DNA of 43,910 nucleotides, taken from the IMG/VR virus record IMGVR_UViG_2513237162_000001, positions 1 through 43,910 of that record; one strand, 5' to 3'. Source of the stretch: a virus. Below are positions 26,286-33,017 of this stretch, in pieces. The translations under genes were made by a program, and so were the position numbers. Under the pieces are notes generated by a model, which saw nothing but the letters and a program-made list of their open reading frames with translations, did no database searches and was not told the origin of the DNA. How positions within the stretch are numbered: the stretch's first letter is position 1; every line of letters begins with the position of its first letter.

Positions 26286-26410
26286 CTCACTACCTCACCA
26301 AATGCAGGGGTCCTCACACACCAGCTTGGCTCCGGGCTTCAGGCGGATGCGCCCTATGCGGCAGTGCCAGTGGGAGGTGAGGAGGAGATGCATGGCCGTC
26401 TCCAAATGAA

Positions 26411-26444
26411 AGCCCACCTCCAGGGATTATTCTGGAGGTGGGCT
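26411..26444 (-). terminator. Strong intrinsic terminator between the regulatory and packaging modules
   Basis: A perfect 13-bp stem AGCCCACCTCCAG/CTGGAGGTGGGCT has an 8-nt loop. On the minus strand it is followed by TTTCATTTGG. Confidence 0.7.
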
Positions 26445-26531
26445 GATCTTCGCGTTGGCGTGAGCCTCAGCGCAGACGTGACAACTGAAATGGCAGGCCC
26501 AACAGGCTATGGGATGGTGGTGATGGGTACG

Positions 26532-26611
26532 GGAAGGAGGATGGAATCGAACCACCGGAAGAATTCAGGGCGAAACCTGATAACAACGCCACCTGGCTTA
26601 GCCTCACCTTC
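26532..26611 (-). other. tRNA-like element (non-canonical, possible tRNA pseudogene)
   Basis: On the minus strand: the acceptor GAAGGTG/CTCCTTC has one T-T mismatch. The D arm is GCTA-AGCCAGG-TGGC. The T arm GGTGG-TTCGATT-CCATC is canonical. The 30-nt middle part gives only a 5-bp stem TCAGG/CCTGA with a 6-nt loop. Confidence 0.35.
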
Positions 26612-26633
26612 CCGATCTTGTTGAGGCAATGCC

Positions 26634-27284
26634 TCAAACTCGGACATCGTTCGATGATTGAATATCCCAACGCATAACCTGATTTGCGCCTTGTCGCAAG
26701 TCCTTCCGCTTGGCGATCGCGTCTAATCCCCTGCGCAACCACATCAATTGCTTCGGACCCATGCCGCGCAGATGGTCATAACTCATAACCGCCGTATTAT
26801 GAACCATCTGCTTTACCTGCGGGCCGTCCTCAAGCCTGAGCAGCAGGCCGGTGATCTCCATCATCAAGTTTGAGGCACGTCTGGCGCGATCGGTGACGCT
26901 TTGCGTCTCTTCACCGTCATGGCCCTTGATCGAAAACAGCGATTGCGCACGAGCCGATGGGAACGGGATGCCTACCATGCGATAGTAGCGGGCCATGATC
27001 TCCGCGTACTCGTCGCCGGCCTTCAACTGCTCTTCGGTGATCGCCCCATCAAGGCGCATTCTTCCCAAGACGTACCCCGCCAGTTGGCCGCGCACCGTAT
27101 CGTCGGTGACCTTCTCGCTCCACCCGTCGATGCGCCGCCTTGCCTCGATGGCTACAGACATGGCTTCACGCGCCGTTTCCGATCTCTTTACGTCTCCGCT
27201 GGCGTAGCGCTCGACGTTCTGCTTACGCGGGCGTCCTGCACCCTTGTTGCCACGCTGTTTGATCTTAATCGCCTTGCCGCCCAT
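26634..27284 (-). CDS. Hypothetical protein (last gene before the pre-late terminator; possible late regulator)
   Basis: The 216-aa product has a basic N-terminus (KGAGRPRK). The position is analogous to lambda Q, but no Q-like motif or Cys cluster is present. Confidence 0.55.
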   Translation of the reverse strand: MGGKAIKIKQRGNKGAGRPRKQNVERYASGDVKRSETAREAMSVAIEARRRIDGWSEKVTDDTVRGQLAGYVLGRMRLDGAITEEQLKAGDEYAEIMARYYRMVGIPFPSARAQSLFSIKGHDGEETQSVTDRARRASNLMMEITGLLLRLEDGPQVKQMVHNTAVMSYDHLRGMGPKQLMWLRRGLDAIAKRKDLRQGANQVMRWDIQSSNDVRV

Positions 27285-27296
27285 TTCCGTGCCTCG

Positions 27297-27509
27297 CTAT
27301 GTGATGATGCCTGATCGAAGAGCTTTGGCTACGAGAGCCGTGTCCTTGTAGACGCCGAACTTGTCCTTGGTGTTTCGGATATGTTGATTGATCGTGATGT
27401 ATGAGACGCCGAGGATCGTGCCGATTTCCGCTGCGGTCTTCCCTTCGGCGACCCAGTGCAGGACTTCCATTTCTCTGGGCGTGACATGAATGCTCTGAGC
27501 TACGGTCAT
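27297..27509 (-). CDS. Stand-alone LuxR/GerE-type HTH DNA-binding protein
   Basis: The 70-aa product reads LTPREMEVLHWVAEGKTAAEIGTILGVSYITINQHIRNTKDKFGV. No receiver or autoinducer domain is present. Confidence 0.8.
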   Translation of the reverse strand: MTVAQSIHVTPREMEVLHWVAEGKTAAEIGTILGVSYITINQHIRNTKDKFGVYKDTALVAKALRSGIIT

Positions 27510-27967
27510 AGCTCGCCTCTTGCCTTCATGATCTCGACGCGGCGCAACGAGGCAATTACGGTCGTATGATCAAGATTCCCGAAGAGCTTGCCGATTTTCG
27601 GATAGCTGAGATTGAACTTGTAGCGCAGCTCCGACATGATCAGCTGTCGCGGGCGGACGAACTCTCGGCGCCGGCATGGAACGATGATATCGGCATATGA
27701 AACGCCAAGTTCCCTGCACCGATCCTGGATGTAGACGATGGTGGGGCCGGATGCGATGCTCAGGAGGCGCTTGCGGTATTGCTGGACGTGGAGATCGAAG
27801 TTGATCTCATGGAGTTTCCATGTCGGCCGCCTGGCGTAGATTATCTTCACGATCGGCGCGACGACTTCGGCGGGGGCGGGTTTCGGCGGCTCGGCAAACC
27901 AGAGCTTGGCCCGTATGGCTTTGTGACGACTATGCTGCTCCTGCAACGCTGTTACATGTACGTTCAT
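27506..27967 (-). CDS. DnaA domain IV-like (Bac_DnaA_C) DNA-binding protein
   Basis: The C-terminus reads RRREFVRPRQLIMSELRYKFNLSYPKIGKLFGNLDHTTVIASLRRVE, matching the DnaA C-terminal HTH signature. The N-terminal ~70 aa are unassigned. Confidence 0.7.
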   Translation of the reverse strand: MNVHVTALQEQHSRHKAIRAKLWFAEPPKPAPAEVVAPIVKIIYARRPTWKLHEINFDLHVQQYRKRLLSIASGPTIVYIQDRCRELGVSYADIIVPCRRREFVRPRQLIMSELRYKFNLSYPKIGKLFGNLDHTTVIASLRRVEIMKARGEL

Positions 27968-27968
27968 G

Positions 27969-28370
27969 CTACTCCTGGGCCTCCTGGTTGCTGGACTGTG
28001 CTGCTTGCGAGATGATCAGATTATCGGGGAACATCTCTGCGAGCTTCTTTCGTGCCACTAGGCTGCCGTTCAAGACGTCCTTGAGCAGCTTCAGCTTCTC
28101 AGCTGAGACCTTCGGCTGCTCGACCTCGGGCTTGGCCTCTATGCGTGGCCGCCGCTCCGCGGCGATCGTCATCTGCTGAAACCGGCATTCCTCGGCAAAC
28201 TCTGCGCAGCTCGGGGCGAAGGCGTTATTGTGGCCTGCCACCTCCCCTCGCATGAACCGACCGGCGGCGCGCGCAAGTGCTTCAGGCTCTATGCCGCCAG
28301 ACGCCATGAGGTATGCTCGGATCTGCATATCGACGTCAGTGCCTGCCGATGCTGGGAAGCCCGAAAGCAT
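27969..28370 (-). CDS. Hypothetical protein
   Basis: This is the protein-like part of ORF 27969..28538. The start is uncertain (ATG 28370 or 28328). Confidence 0.45.
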   Translation of the reverse strand: MLSGFPASAGTDVDMQIRAYLMASGGIEPEALARAAGRFMRGEVAGHNNAFAPSCAEFAEECRFQQMTIAAERRPRIEAKPEVEQPKVSAEKLKLLKDVLNGSLVARKKLAEMFPDNLIISQAAQSSNQEAQE

Positions 28371-28671
28371 CGCCGCGATAATCGTTGCTGGTGAGGAAGT
28401 CGCGCGCTGCGTCACTGATCGTTCTCCTGCCTGTGTTGCGTTGCGTGATCGGGTCGGGCTCGTCGAAGAACGATTCAGCGCGAAGCCAAGTCGCCGGGTA
28501 TGGAATGAACTGCGGGTCTCGGCGCTGGAGATCGGCAAGGTTGCGCATCAGGCCGGCCATGATGTCGTCGGGCTCATGGCCCTTCTTGATCGCCTGCGCC
28601 CACGCCTTCTCCGCATCGCCTCGGGCTTTCTTGCGGGGGAATTGCTTGTAGAAGTCTGCGAATGTCGTCAT
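28336..28671 (-). CDS. Hypothetical protein
   Basis: ATG 28671 overlaps the rusA stop (ATGA). It has the N-terminal pattern FADFYKQFPRKKARGDAEKAW...FIPYPATWL, which is common in phage early regions. Confidence 0.6.
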   Translation of the reverse strand: MTTFADFYKQFPRKKARGDAEKAWAQAIKKGHEPDDIMAGLMRNLADLQRRDPQFIPYPATWLRAESFFDEPDPITQRNTGRRTISDAARDFLTSNDYRGDAFGLPSIGRH

Positions 28672-29024
28672 GCTTCCCACTCCAGTTCGACTTTGACCAT
28701 GCCGTTACGCTCAACAGGCCCACGAGGGGATACGGCGATATTCCATTTGCTGTCGTCCACGCCGATCGCCAGCGCGATCCCATCGGCTGCGGCCTTCATG
28801 CTGGCGACGAGGTTGTCGAGGTCGTAAGCGCGGCGGCTTGGCGGAAAGAACGAGTAACGAACCGTCATGCTGTCAGCTTCGATCTTTCCAATGCCGGCCT
28901 CGATCGTGGTATAGTAGGCGGCGGTCTTCGCTGACTTCTTCGCTCGAGCGAGAGATGACCAGTGGCCTCGAGCATTGGGCGAAAGGCGCCTATCGGGCCA
29001 TGGCAGGAAGATTTCAGCCATCAT
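28668..29024 (-). CDS. rusA: RusA-family Holliday junction resolvase
   Basis: It has the motifs LPWPDRRLSPNARGHW and YDLDNL. ATG 29024 overlaps the upstream stop. Confidence 0.75.
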   Translation of the reverse strand: MMAEIFLPWPDRRLSPNARGHWSSLARAKKSAKTAAYYTTIEAGIGKIEADSMTVRYSFFPPSRRAYDLDNLVASMKAAADGIALAIGVDDSKWNIAVSPRGPVERNGMVKVELEWEA

Positions 29025-29230
29025 CGTCTCCCCCTCGCCTTCTTCGGCTCGATGTAGGTGACGCGCTTGGCAAGGTGCCAATGCTCCTTCGGGAGATGCC
29101 TCTCCTTGCGCATTTCATTGTAGACGCGAGCCTCACTCCAGCCTTTGGAGGCGCCGCCGAGATGTTCGGCGATTTGGGCCGTGTCCATTCCAGATCGGAA
29201 AAGGTCTATGCATCTCGGTTGGTTTGCCAT
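29021..29230 (-). CDS. Hypothetical small protein
   Basis: From the ORF track. It has a possible HTH (MDTAQIAEHLG). Confidence 0.5.
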   Translation of the reverse strand: MANQPRCIDLFRSGMDTAQIAEHLGGASKGWSEARVYNEMRKERHLPKEHWHLAKRVTYIEPKKARGRR

Positions 29231-29287
29231 CCCTCGCCCTCGTCGTCTTTCTTGTCCCCGATGATCCAGTCGGCCCAGGTGATCCGT

Positions 29288-29671
29288 CTACCGGCGACCT
29301 TCCGCCAGTGTTTCGCCAGCCATGCGCGCGTCGAAGGCGGTAATCTTCGCGTCCAACGCAGCCAGACGGGCACGTAGGCGTTTGGTTTCATTTTGGTGTT
29401 CCTCGATTAGTGCTTCTTCTAGTGCCGCCGCTTCTTCCATATCGATGCGACGAGCTTCGCCATTCCAGATCGCCGCCGCGCGCCTGGGGGTGAATTTCTT
29501 TTTTACGCGGGGAGAGATGAAGCGATACGCTGCGTACACAGCGGCCTTGTAGCCACCGTAGTAGTCGCGCGGGAAAGCTTCCCTCATCATCCCTTGAGCT
29601 GAAAATGTGTCACTCATGCCCTGTTGCCTCTTGGAGTAACGCTCCAACTTCACGTGGTCGTTTTCCGACAC
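29288..29671 (-). CDS. Hypothetical protein
   Basis: From the ORF track. The C-terminus is coiled-coil. Confidence 0.55.
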   Translation of the reverse strand: MSENDHVKLERYSKRQQGMSDTFSAQGMMREAFPRDYYGGYKAAVYAAYRFISPRVKKKFTPRRAAAIWNGEARRIDMEEAAALEEALIEEHQNETKRLRARLAALDAKITAFDARMAGETLAEGRR

Positions 29672-29751
29672 CTTGGATTCTCCTGCGGTTATCTTCGCTC
29701 TTGTTCACGGAGCTGTTGAAGATGACCAATCAGGACACTCAGATACTAGGA

Positions 29752-29792
29752 GACGAAGGGGCCGCCCTTGCAGGGGCATCAACCCCTTCGTC
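29752..29792. other. GC-rich inverted repeat (10-bp perfect stem) downstream of AP2-HNH gene 1
   Basis: GACGAAGGGG at 29752..29761 pairs with CCCCTTCGTC at 29783..29792. The loop contains a nested CCCT/AGGG stem. No U-tract is present on either strand. Confidence 0.5.
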
Positions 29793-29874
29793 TCGCTCAG
29801 GCACCCGCCGCCGGGAACCAGTTTTTCAAATCGACGCTGCCCGCCGCCCGGTTGGCGTTGAGGCTGCCGCCGCG

Positions 29875-30435
29875 CTAGAACCGAGCGAACTCTCCTTGGA
29901 GTCGCAATGCCGCTTCTCGGTAAGCGGCGGCAGCCATCTCTTTGTCTTTGAACCGTCCGATCGTGACGCACTTGCCTCGGTCTCTGATGGTCGCGCGCCA
30001 AGCCTTTTCGCCGGCGTGCCAGCAGACGCCCTTCAAGCCACTCTTGTTGTTGGATCTCAAACCTGTGTTCCAAGTGCTCTGGAGAGGTGTCGCCCCGCGA
30101 AGGTTACCGGGCCTGTTAGCCAGAGTGTTTCCGTTGGCGTGGTCAACGATTCTGGGGACTTCAACGAGATCAATCCTGTTGAAGATGGCAAAGACAATTC
30201 TGTGGCACCGAAGGTTACGGTCCCCAACACTGACCATGGCCCTCGTAAACTTTCCGTCCTTGCAAAGACAGCCGGCAACTTTCCCAGCGTAGAGCTTGTT
30301 CCACCCAACGGCGCCGGTCGAGCCTTTCGCGAAATGCCAATCGGGCCTTGTCTTCCAAATAAGGGCGCCGCTGACCGTGTCGAGCTCGAAGCATTCGCTC
30401 AGATATTCAAAAGTGAAATCGCTCAGTTGCATCAT
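29875..30435 (-). CDS. HNH endonuclease with C-terminal AP2 DNA-binding domain (copy 1)
   Basis: It has the motif CHRIVFAIFN...IVDHANGNTLANRPGNLR...NNKSGLKGVCWH...KAWRATI...IGRFKDKEMAAAAYREAA...GEFA. Confidence 0.8.
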   Translation of the reverse strand: MMQLSDFTFEYLSECFELDTVSGALIWKTRPDWHFAKGSTGAVGWNKLYAGKVAGCLCKDGKFTRAMVSVGDRNLRCHRIVFAIFNRIDLVEVPRIVDHANGNTLANRPGNLRGATPLQSTWNTGLRSNNKSGLKGVCWHAGEKAWRATIRDRGKCVTIGRFKDKEMAAAAYREAALRLQGEFARF

Positions 30436-30504
30436 GACGATCCTGTCTCCATCGGAGAGATTGCCGTTCTTTTATTGGCGCGGTGGTCGCTGCCGAGAAT
30501 GTCG

Positions 30505-30536
30505 CTGCCGGGGCCAGGAGGGGTGAGCCCCGGCAG
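30505..30536. other. GC-rich inverted repeat (10-bp perfect stem) upstream of AP2-HNH gene 1
   Basis: CTGCCGGGGC at 30505..30514 pairs with GCCCCGGCAG at 30527..30536, with a 12-nt loop. Confidence 0.5.
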
Positions 30537-30558
30537 CGGCCAAAGCTAAGGGGAGGAC

Positions 30559-30741
30559 TCAGCTTTGGGAGATTGAGAGGCTGCCGGGGTGGGAAAAGGC
30601 GAGTTGGATGCCCTCAGCTAGCGCAGCCTCTAGCTCACGATCTGCTGATGGATAGTTCTGGTCGATGTGGCGCTTGAACCACCGGGCGAACGCGACAACT
30701 GTGATCGGGGTGAGGATTATGGCTGCCAAAACGTAGATCAT
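30559..30741 (-). CDS. Small membrane protein
   Basis: The 60-aa product has an N-terminal TM helix (IYVLAAIILTPITVVAFARWF). Its start overlaps the upstream stop. Confidence 0.5.
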   Translation of the reverse strand: MIYVLAAIILTPITVVAFARWFKRHIDQNYPSADRELEAALAEGIQLAFSHPGSLSISQS

Positions 30742-31271
30742 GCCGGTACTCCCGTGCGGGTTTTGTTGGTGGTCGAAAGGCGACCGTATTCGCCGTGATA
30801 CTTTATAGATCCGGCGTCATAAGCTTCCGCCGCCTTCTCAGGCGTGTCGAAATAACCGAGAGAGTGGTGCTTTCTATCTACTCGGATCTGCGCAACCCAT
30901 AGACCCTTGGCTTTGTGCCAGGAGACGCCCTTGAAGCCACTCGTGTTGTTCTTCGCTGGCCCTTGGTTACGACTATTGAGCGCCGCAGATGTGACCCGAA
31001 GGTTGCAGAAACGATTGTCTGCCCTGACGCAATTTATGTGATCAACAACACCGACTGGCCATCGGCCTGTCATCAAGAGGAAGGCCAAGCGATGAGCCTT
31101 GTAATACTTGCGGTTAATCCCGATAACGATGTAGCCATAATAGCAAACAGTGCCAGCTCTAGCCCCTGTGGGGGTTCTCTGGGATGTGTTAACTTTCCAG
31201 AAAAATTCACCGGTTTCGGCGTCGTACCGTAGGACTTTGGAGACATCTTCAAATGAATGATCACCCATCAC
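30738..31271 (-). CDS. HNH endonuclease with C-terminal AP2 DNA-binding domain (copy 2)
   Basis: It has the motif AHRLAFLLMTG...VVDHINCVRADNRFCNLR...NNTSGFKGVSWH...LWVAQI...LGYFDTPEKAAEAYD...GEYG. It overlaps its neighbours at both ends (ATGA). Confidence 0.8.
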   Translation of the reverse strand: MMGDHSFEDVSKVLRYDAETGEFFWKVNTSQRTPTGARAGTVCYYGYIVIGINRKYYKAHRLAFLLMTGRWPVGVVDHINCVRADNRFCNLRVTSAALNSRNQGPAKNNTSGFKGVSWHKAKGLWVAQIRVDRKHHSLGYFDTPEKAAEAYDAGSIKYHGEYGRLSTTNKTRTGVPA

Positions 31272-31531
31272 ACGCCCTCCGGAACTCTGGCGCCGCGGAG
31301 AATTTGCTCAAAGCATTCGATGGAGGTCTTGCGCTCGACGACCGGTCGGAAGCGCTTGGCGCGCCATTGCAGCGGCTTCACAAGCGTCGTTTCTTCAAGG
31401 CCGAGGTAAAGGTTGCCTATGTTCTCGCCTACTGCAGAAACTGTGTAGATCGAGCCATTGGTGATCCGATCACTGAACTGGCCGGCATCGACGCAGACGA
31501 CCTTCTGGCCAACGTGGAAAGGATTGCTCAT
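31268..31531 (-). CDS. Hypothetical protein
   Basis: From the ORF track, with start/stop overlaps. Confidence 0.6.
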   Translation of the reverse strand: MSNPFHVGQKVVCVDAGQFSDRITNGSIYTVSAVGENIGNLYLGLEETTLVKPLQWRAKRFRPVVERKTSIECFEQILRGARVPEGV

Positions 31532-31725
31532 ATGCTTTCCCTCTCGTTGATCTCATTCATCCGCCTCTGTAGGTCACGGAGGACGGCGGGAATGTCAGCG
31601 TTGGCGATGAAGACCGTATCCGTTCTTCCGCCGGTGCCGGTGATCGACCACTCAGGCGAAGGACTGTCCTGGGAGATGGTGATGCCCTCGGGAGAGGTTT
31701 CGATCTTGAGATTGCGGTCAGTCAT
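31528..31725 (-). CDS. Hypothetical protein
   Basis: From the ORF track, with start/stop overlaps. Confidence 0.55.
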   Translation of the reverse strand: MTDRNLKIETSPEGITISQDSPSPEWSITGTGGRTDTVFIANADIPAVLRDLQRRMNEINERESI

Positions 31726-31930
31726 TGGTGTGGCCTTTTCGAGCTTCGGAATTCGCCATGTTAATTATTTCCAGATTGCGTCGGGTCGCCGGACACCAGC
31801 GCGCCCGCTCAGCCAGAATGGCGCCTGCAATGTGCCGCAGGTAATCCGCTTTTCCGGCCATGCTATCGTGGAGGGACGCCAAGTATGCGGCTTCGGCTTT
31901 CTGCATTACGTCTTCGGGGATGGTGGTCAT
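31718..31930 (-). CDS. Hypothetical protein
   Basis: From the ORF track, with start/stop overlaps. Confidence 0.55.
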   Translation of the reverse strand: MTTIPEDVMQKAEAAYLASLHDSMAGKADYLRHIAGAILAERARWCPATRRNLEIINMANSEARKGHTND

Positions 31931-32094
31931 GGCTTGATCTCCGTCAGACGATACGTGGATCCGGAAATCTTGATGTTGCCCTTGCTCGCCCTGTCCTTGA
32001 GGATGTCTTTCGAGATCTTCGCGGCGGCGATGAAGCCGAGAATGAAGCCGAGGAGAGTTCCAGAAAGAAGCGCCAGTCCGACTGTCTCGCTCAT
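31927..32094 (-). CDS. Small membrane protein
   Basis: An internal ATG at 32094 in ORF 31927..32313 is preceded by GGAGAGG-N5. The TM helix is VGLALLSGTLLGFILGFIAAA. Confidence 0.55.
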   Translation of the reverse strand: MSETVGLALLSGTLLGFILGFIAAAKISKDILKDRASKGNIKISGSTYRLTEIKP

Positions 32095-32143
32095 GCTGAC
32101 CTCTCCTGCTCGTCTAGGGTGGTGTTGGTAGTGGGGGATAGGG

Positions 32144-32353
32144 TCATGCTGCGGTTGCCTTGCGACGATGTTCGCGCATGAAAATGCGAACCTTATCAGC
32201 CGTTTCTGGCCAGACGCGCTTACCCTCCCGGAGCCGTTTGACCAGCTCGGAATTCCCAGATGCGGCCTTGCCAAAATAGGAAGGCCCCATCTCCGTTTCG
32301 CGGAGGAAGTCATTGACTTCGGAAAGCAGTTTTTCGGAAAGATTTGTTGCCAT
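32144..32353 (-). CDS. Cro-like early regulator (first gene of the minus-strand early operon)
   Basis: ATG 32353 lies 7 nt after a minus-strand CTTGAC-N17-TATAGT promoter, so the leader is absent or very short. It is divergent from the XRE repressor gene. The family itself was not recognised. Confidence 0.5.
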   Translation of the reverse strand: MATNLSEKLLSEVNDFLRETEMGPSYFGKAASGNSELVKRLREGKRVWPETADKVRIFMREHRRKATAA

Positions 32354-32360
32354 GTCGCTG

Positions 32361-32435
32361 ACTATATCCTCTTTAGCGGACACGTCAAGCATCCTCTATG
32401 AAGGACGTGCGAAAATATCTGATTTAGAGGATATT
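32361..32435. promoter_or_regulatory. Divergent genetic switch: three 16-bp operators plus the cro-side and repressor-side promoters
   Basis: The operators are ATCCTCTTTAGCGGAC (32366..32381), ATCCTCTATGAAGGAC (32391..32406) and ATCTGATTTAGAGGAT (32417..32432), spaced 25-26 bp centre to centre. The minus-strand promoter has its -35 at 32384..32389 and its -10 at 32361..32366. The + strand -10-like GATATT lies at 32430..32435, 6 nt before ATG 32442. Confidence 0.65.
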
Positions 32436-32441
32436 GCAGCC

Positions 32442-32747
32442 ATGGCAGACGAAGCATGGCGAAAGCGTCTAGAGGACGCGCTTAAAAACTCGAACCGATC
32501 CAAGCGGGAGATATCTCTCAAGGCTGGGAAAGGCGCGGGCTATGTTCACTCTATCCTGAGTGAGGGGAAAGACCCGACGATTGAAAGCCTCATAGCGGTT
32601 TGCCAGGAGCTGGGCGTCAGCCTCACTTGGATTGTTTATGGATTCGAAATTTCCCCGGCGACTGAACAGCTTCTTTCCCTGATCGAGCAGAACCCCGATG
32701 ATCGAGCGGCTGTGTTGCAGATCCTGCAGAAGCGAGAAAAGGCTTAA
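32442..32747 (+). CDS. XRE-family HTH repressor (cI-like, no peptidase domain)
   Basis: ATG 32442 opens ORF 32313..32747. The HTH reads SKREISLKAGKGAGYVHSILSEGKDPTIESLIAVCQELGVSLTWIVYG. Confidence 0.7.
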   Translation: MADEAWRKRLEDALKNSNRSKREISLKAGKGAGYVHSILSEGKDPTIESLIAVCQELGVSLTWIVYGFEISPATEQLLSLIEQNPDDRAAVLQILQKREKA

Positions 32748-32876
32748 CCTCGTCGACGACGGACCTCTTCTCTTCCTCACTCATATCGTCTAGGATGCTT
32801 CGCAGCCTTGACACACGCATTGGTATTTCTCCCGCCACGATTGTTAGGAATGTTTTCTTAGTGTGGGTCATTTTCG

Positions 32877-32892
32877 CAGCTTGCGCAAGCTG
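32877..32892. repeat. Perfect 16-bp palindrome CAGCTTGCGCAAGCTG
   Basis: Read directly from the sequence. It lies in the noncoding stretch after the repressor gene. Confidence 0.6.
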
Positions 32893-32974
32893 GATTAGGA
32901 ACCTAGTCCGTACGCTTTCGGACTCGAACCTAATTTGTACACGTTCTCAGTGAATGCGACCAAGCTAATTTTGC

Positions 32975-32988
32975 AGAGGATATCCTCT
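32975..32988. repeat. Perfect palindrome AGAGGATATCCTCT (two operator half-sites fused back to back)
   Basis: The halves AGAGGAT and ATCCTCT match the right and left operator halves, but in GGAT-ATCC order with no spacer. Confidence 0.6.
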
Positions 32989-33017
32989 TAGGAATTAGGG
33001 TAAAGAAATGACAAAGG

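Noticed and set aside
26101-26624. + strand ORFs of 102 aa, 158 aa and 60 aa in the accessory pocket.
   Set aside because: Their composition is non-protein-like. They run through the terminator hairpin and the tRNA-like element. No ribosome sites are present.
29605-32131. + strand ORFs of 314 aa (29605..30549) and 292 aa (31253..32131).
   Set aside because: They are antisense to the AP2-HNH genes and to a chain of coupled small genes. No motifs are present, and they cross several gene boundaries on the other strand.
32920-32930. GGTTCGAGTCC (minus strand) as a second tRNA gene.
   Set aside because: The flanks give a T stem with a mismatch, and there is no matching acceptor 5' strand, D arm or anticodon arm. 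It is kept only as a possible scar in a finding.
32623-32962. An 82-aa minus-strand ORF (32623..32871) and a 55-aa + strand ORF (32795..32962, MLRSLDTRIGISPATIVRNVFLVW...) after the repressor gene.
   Set aside because: They are mutually antisense. The minus ORF overlaps the repressor gene's 3' end by 125 nt. Neither has a ribosome site. They could be fragments of a decayed gene, but I cannot support either.
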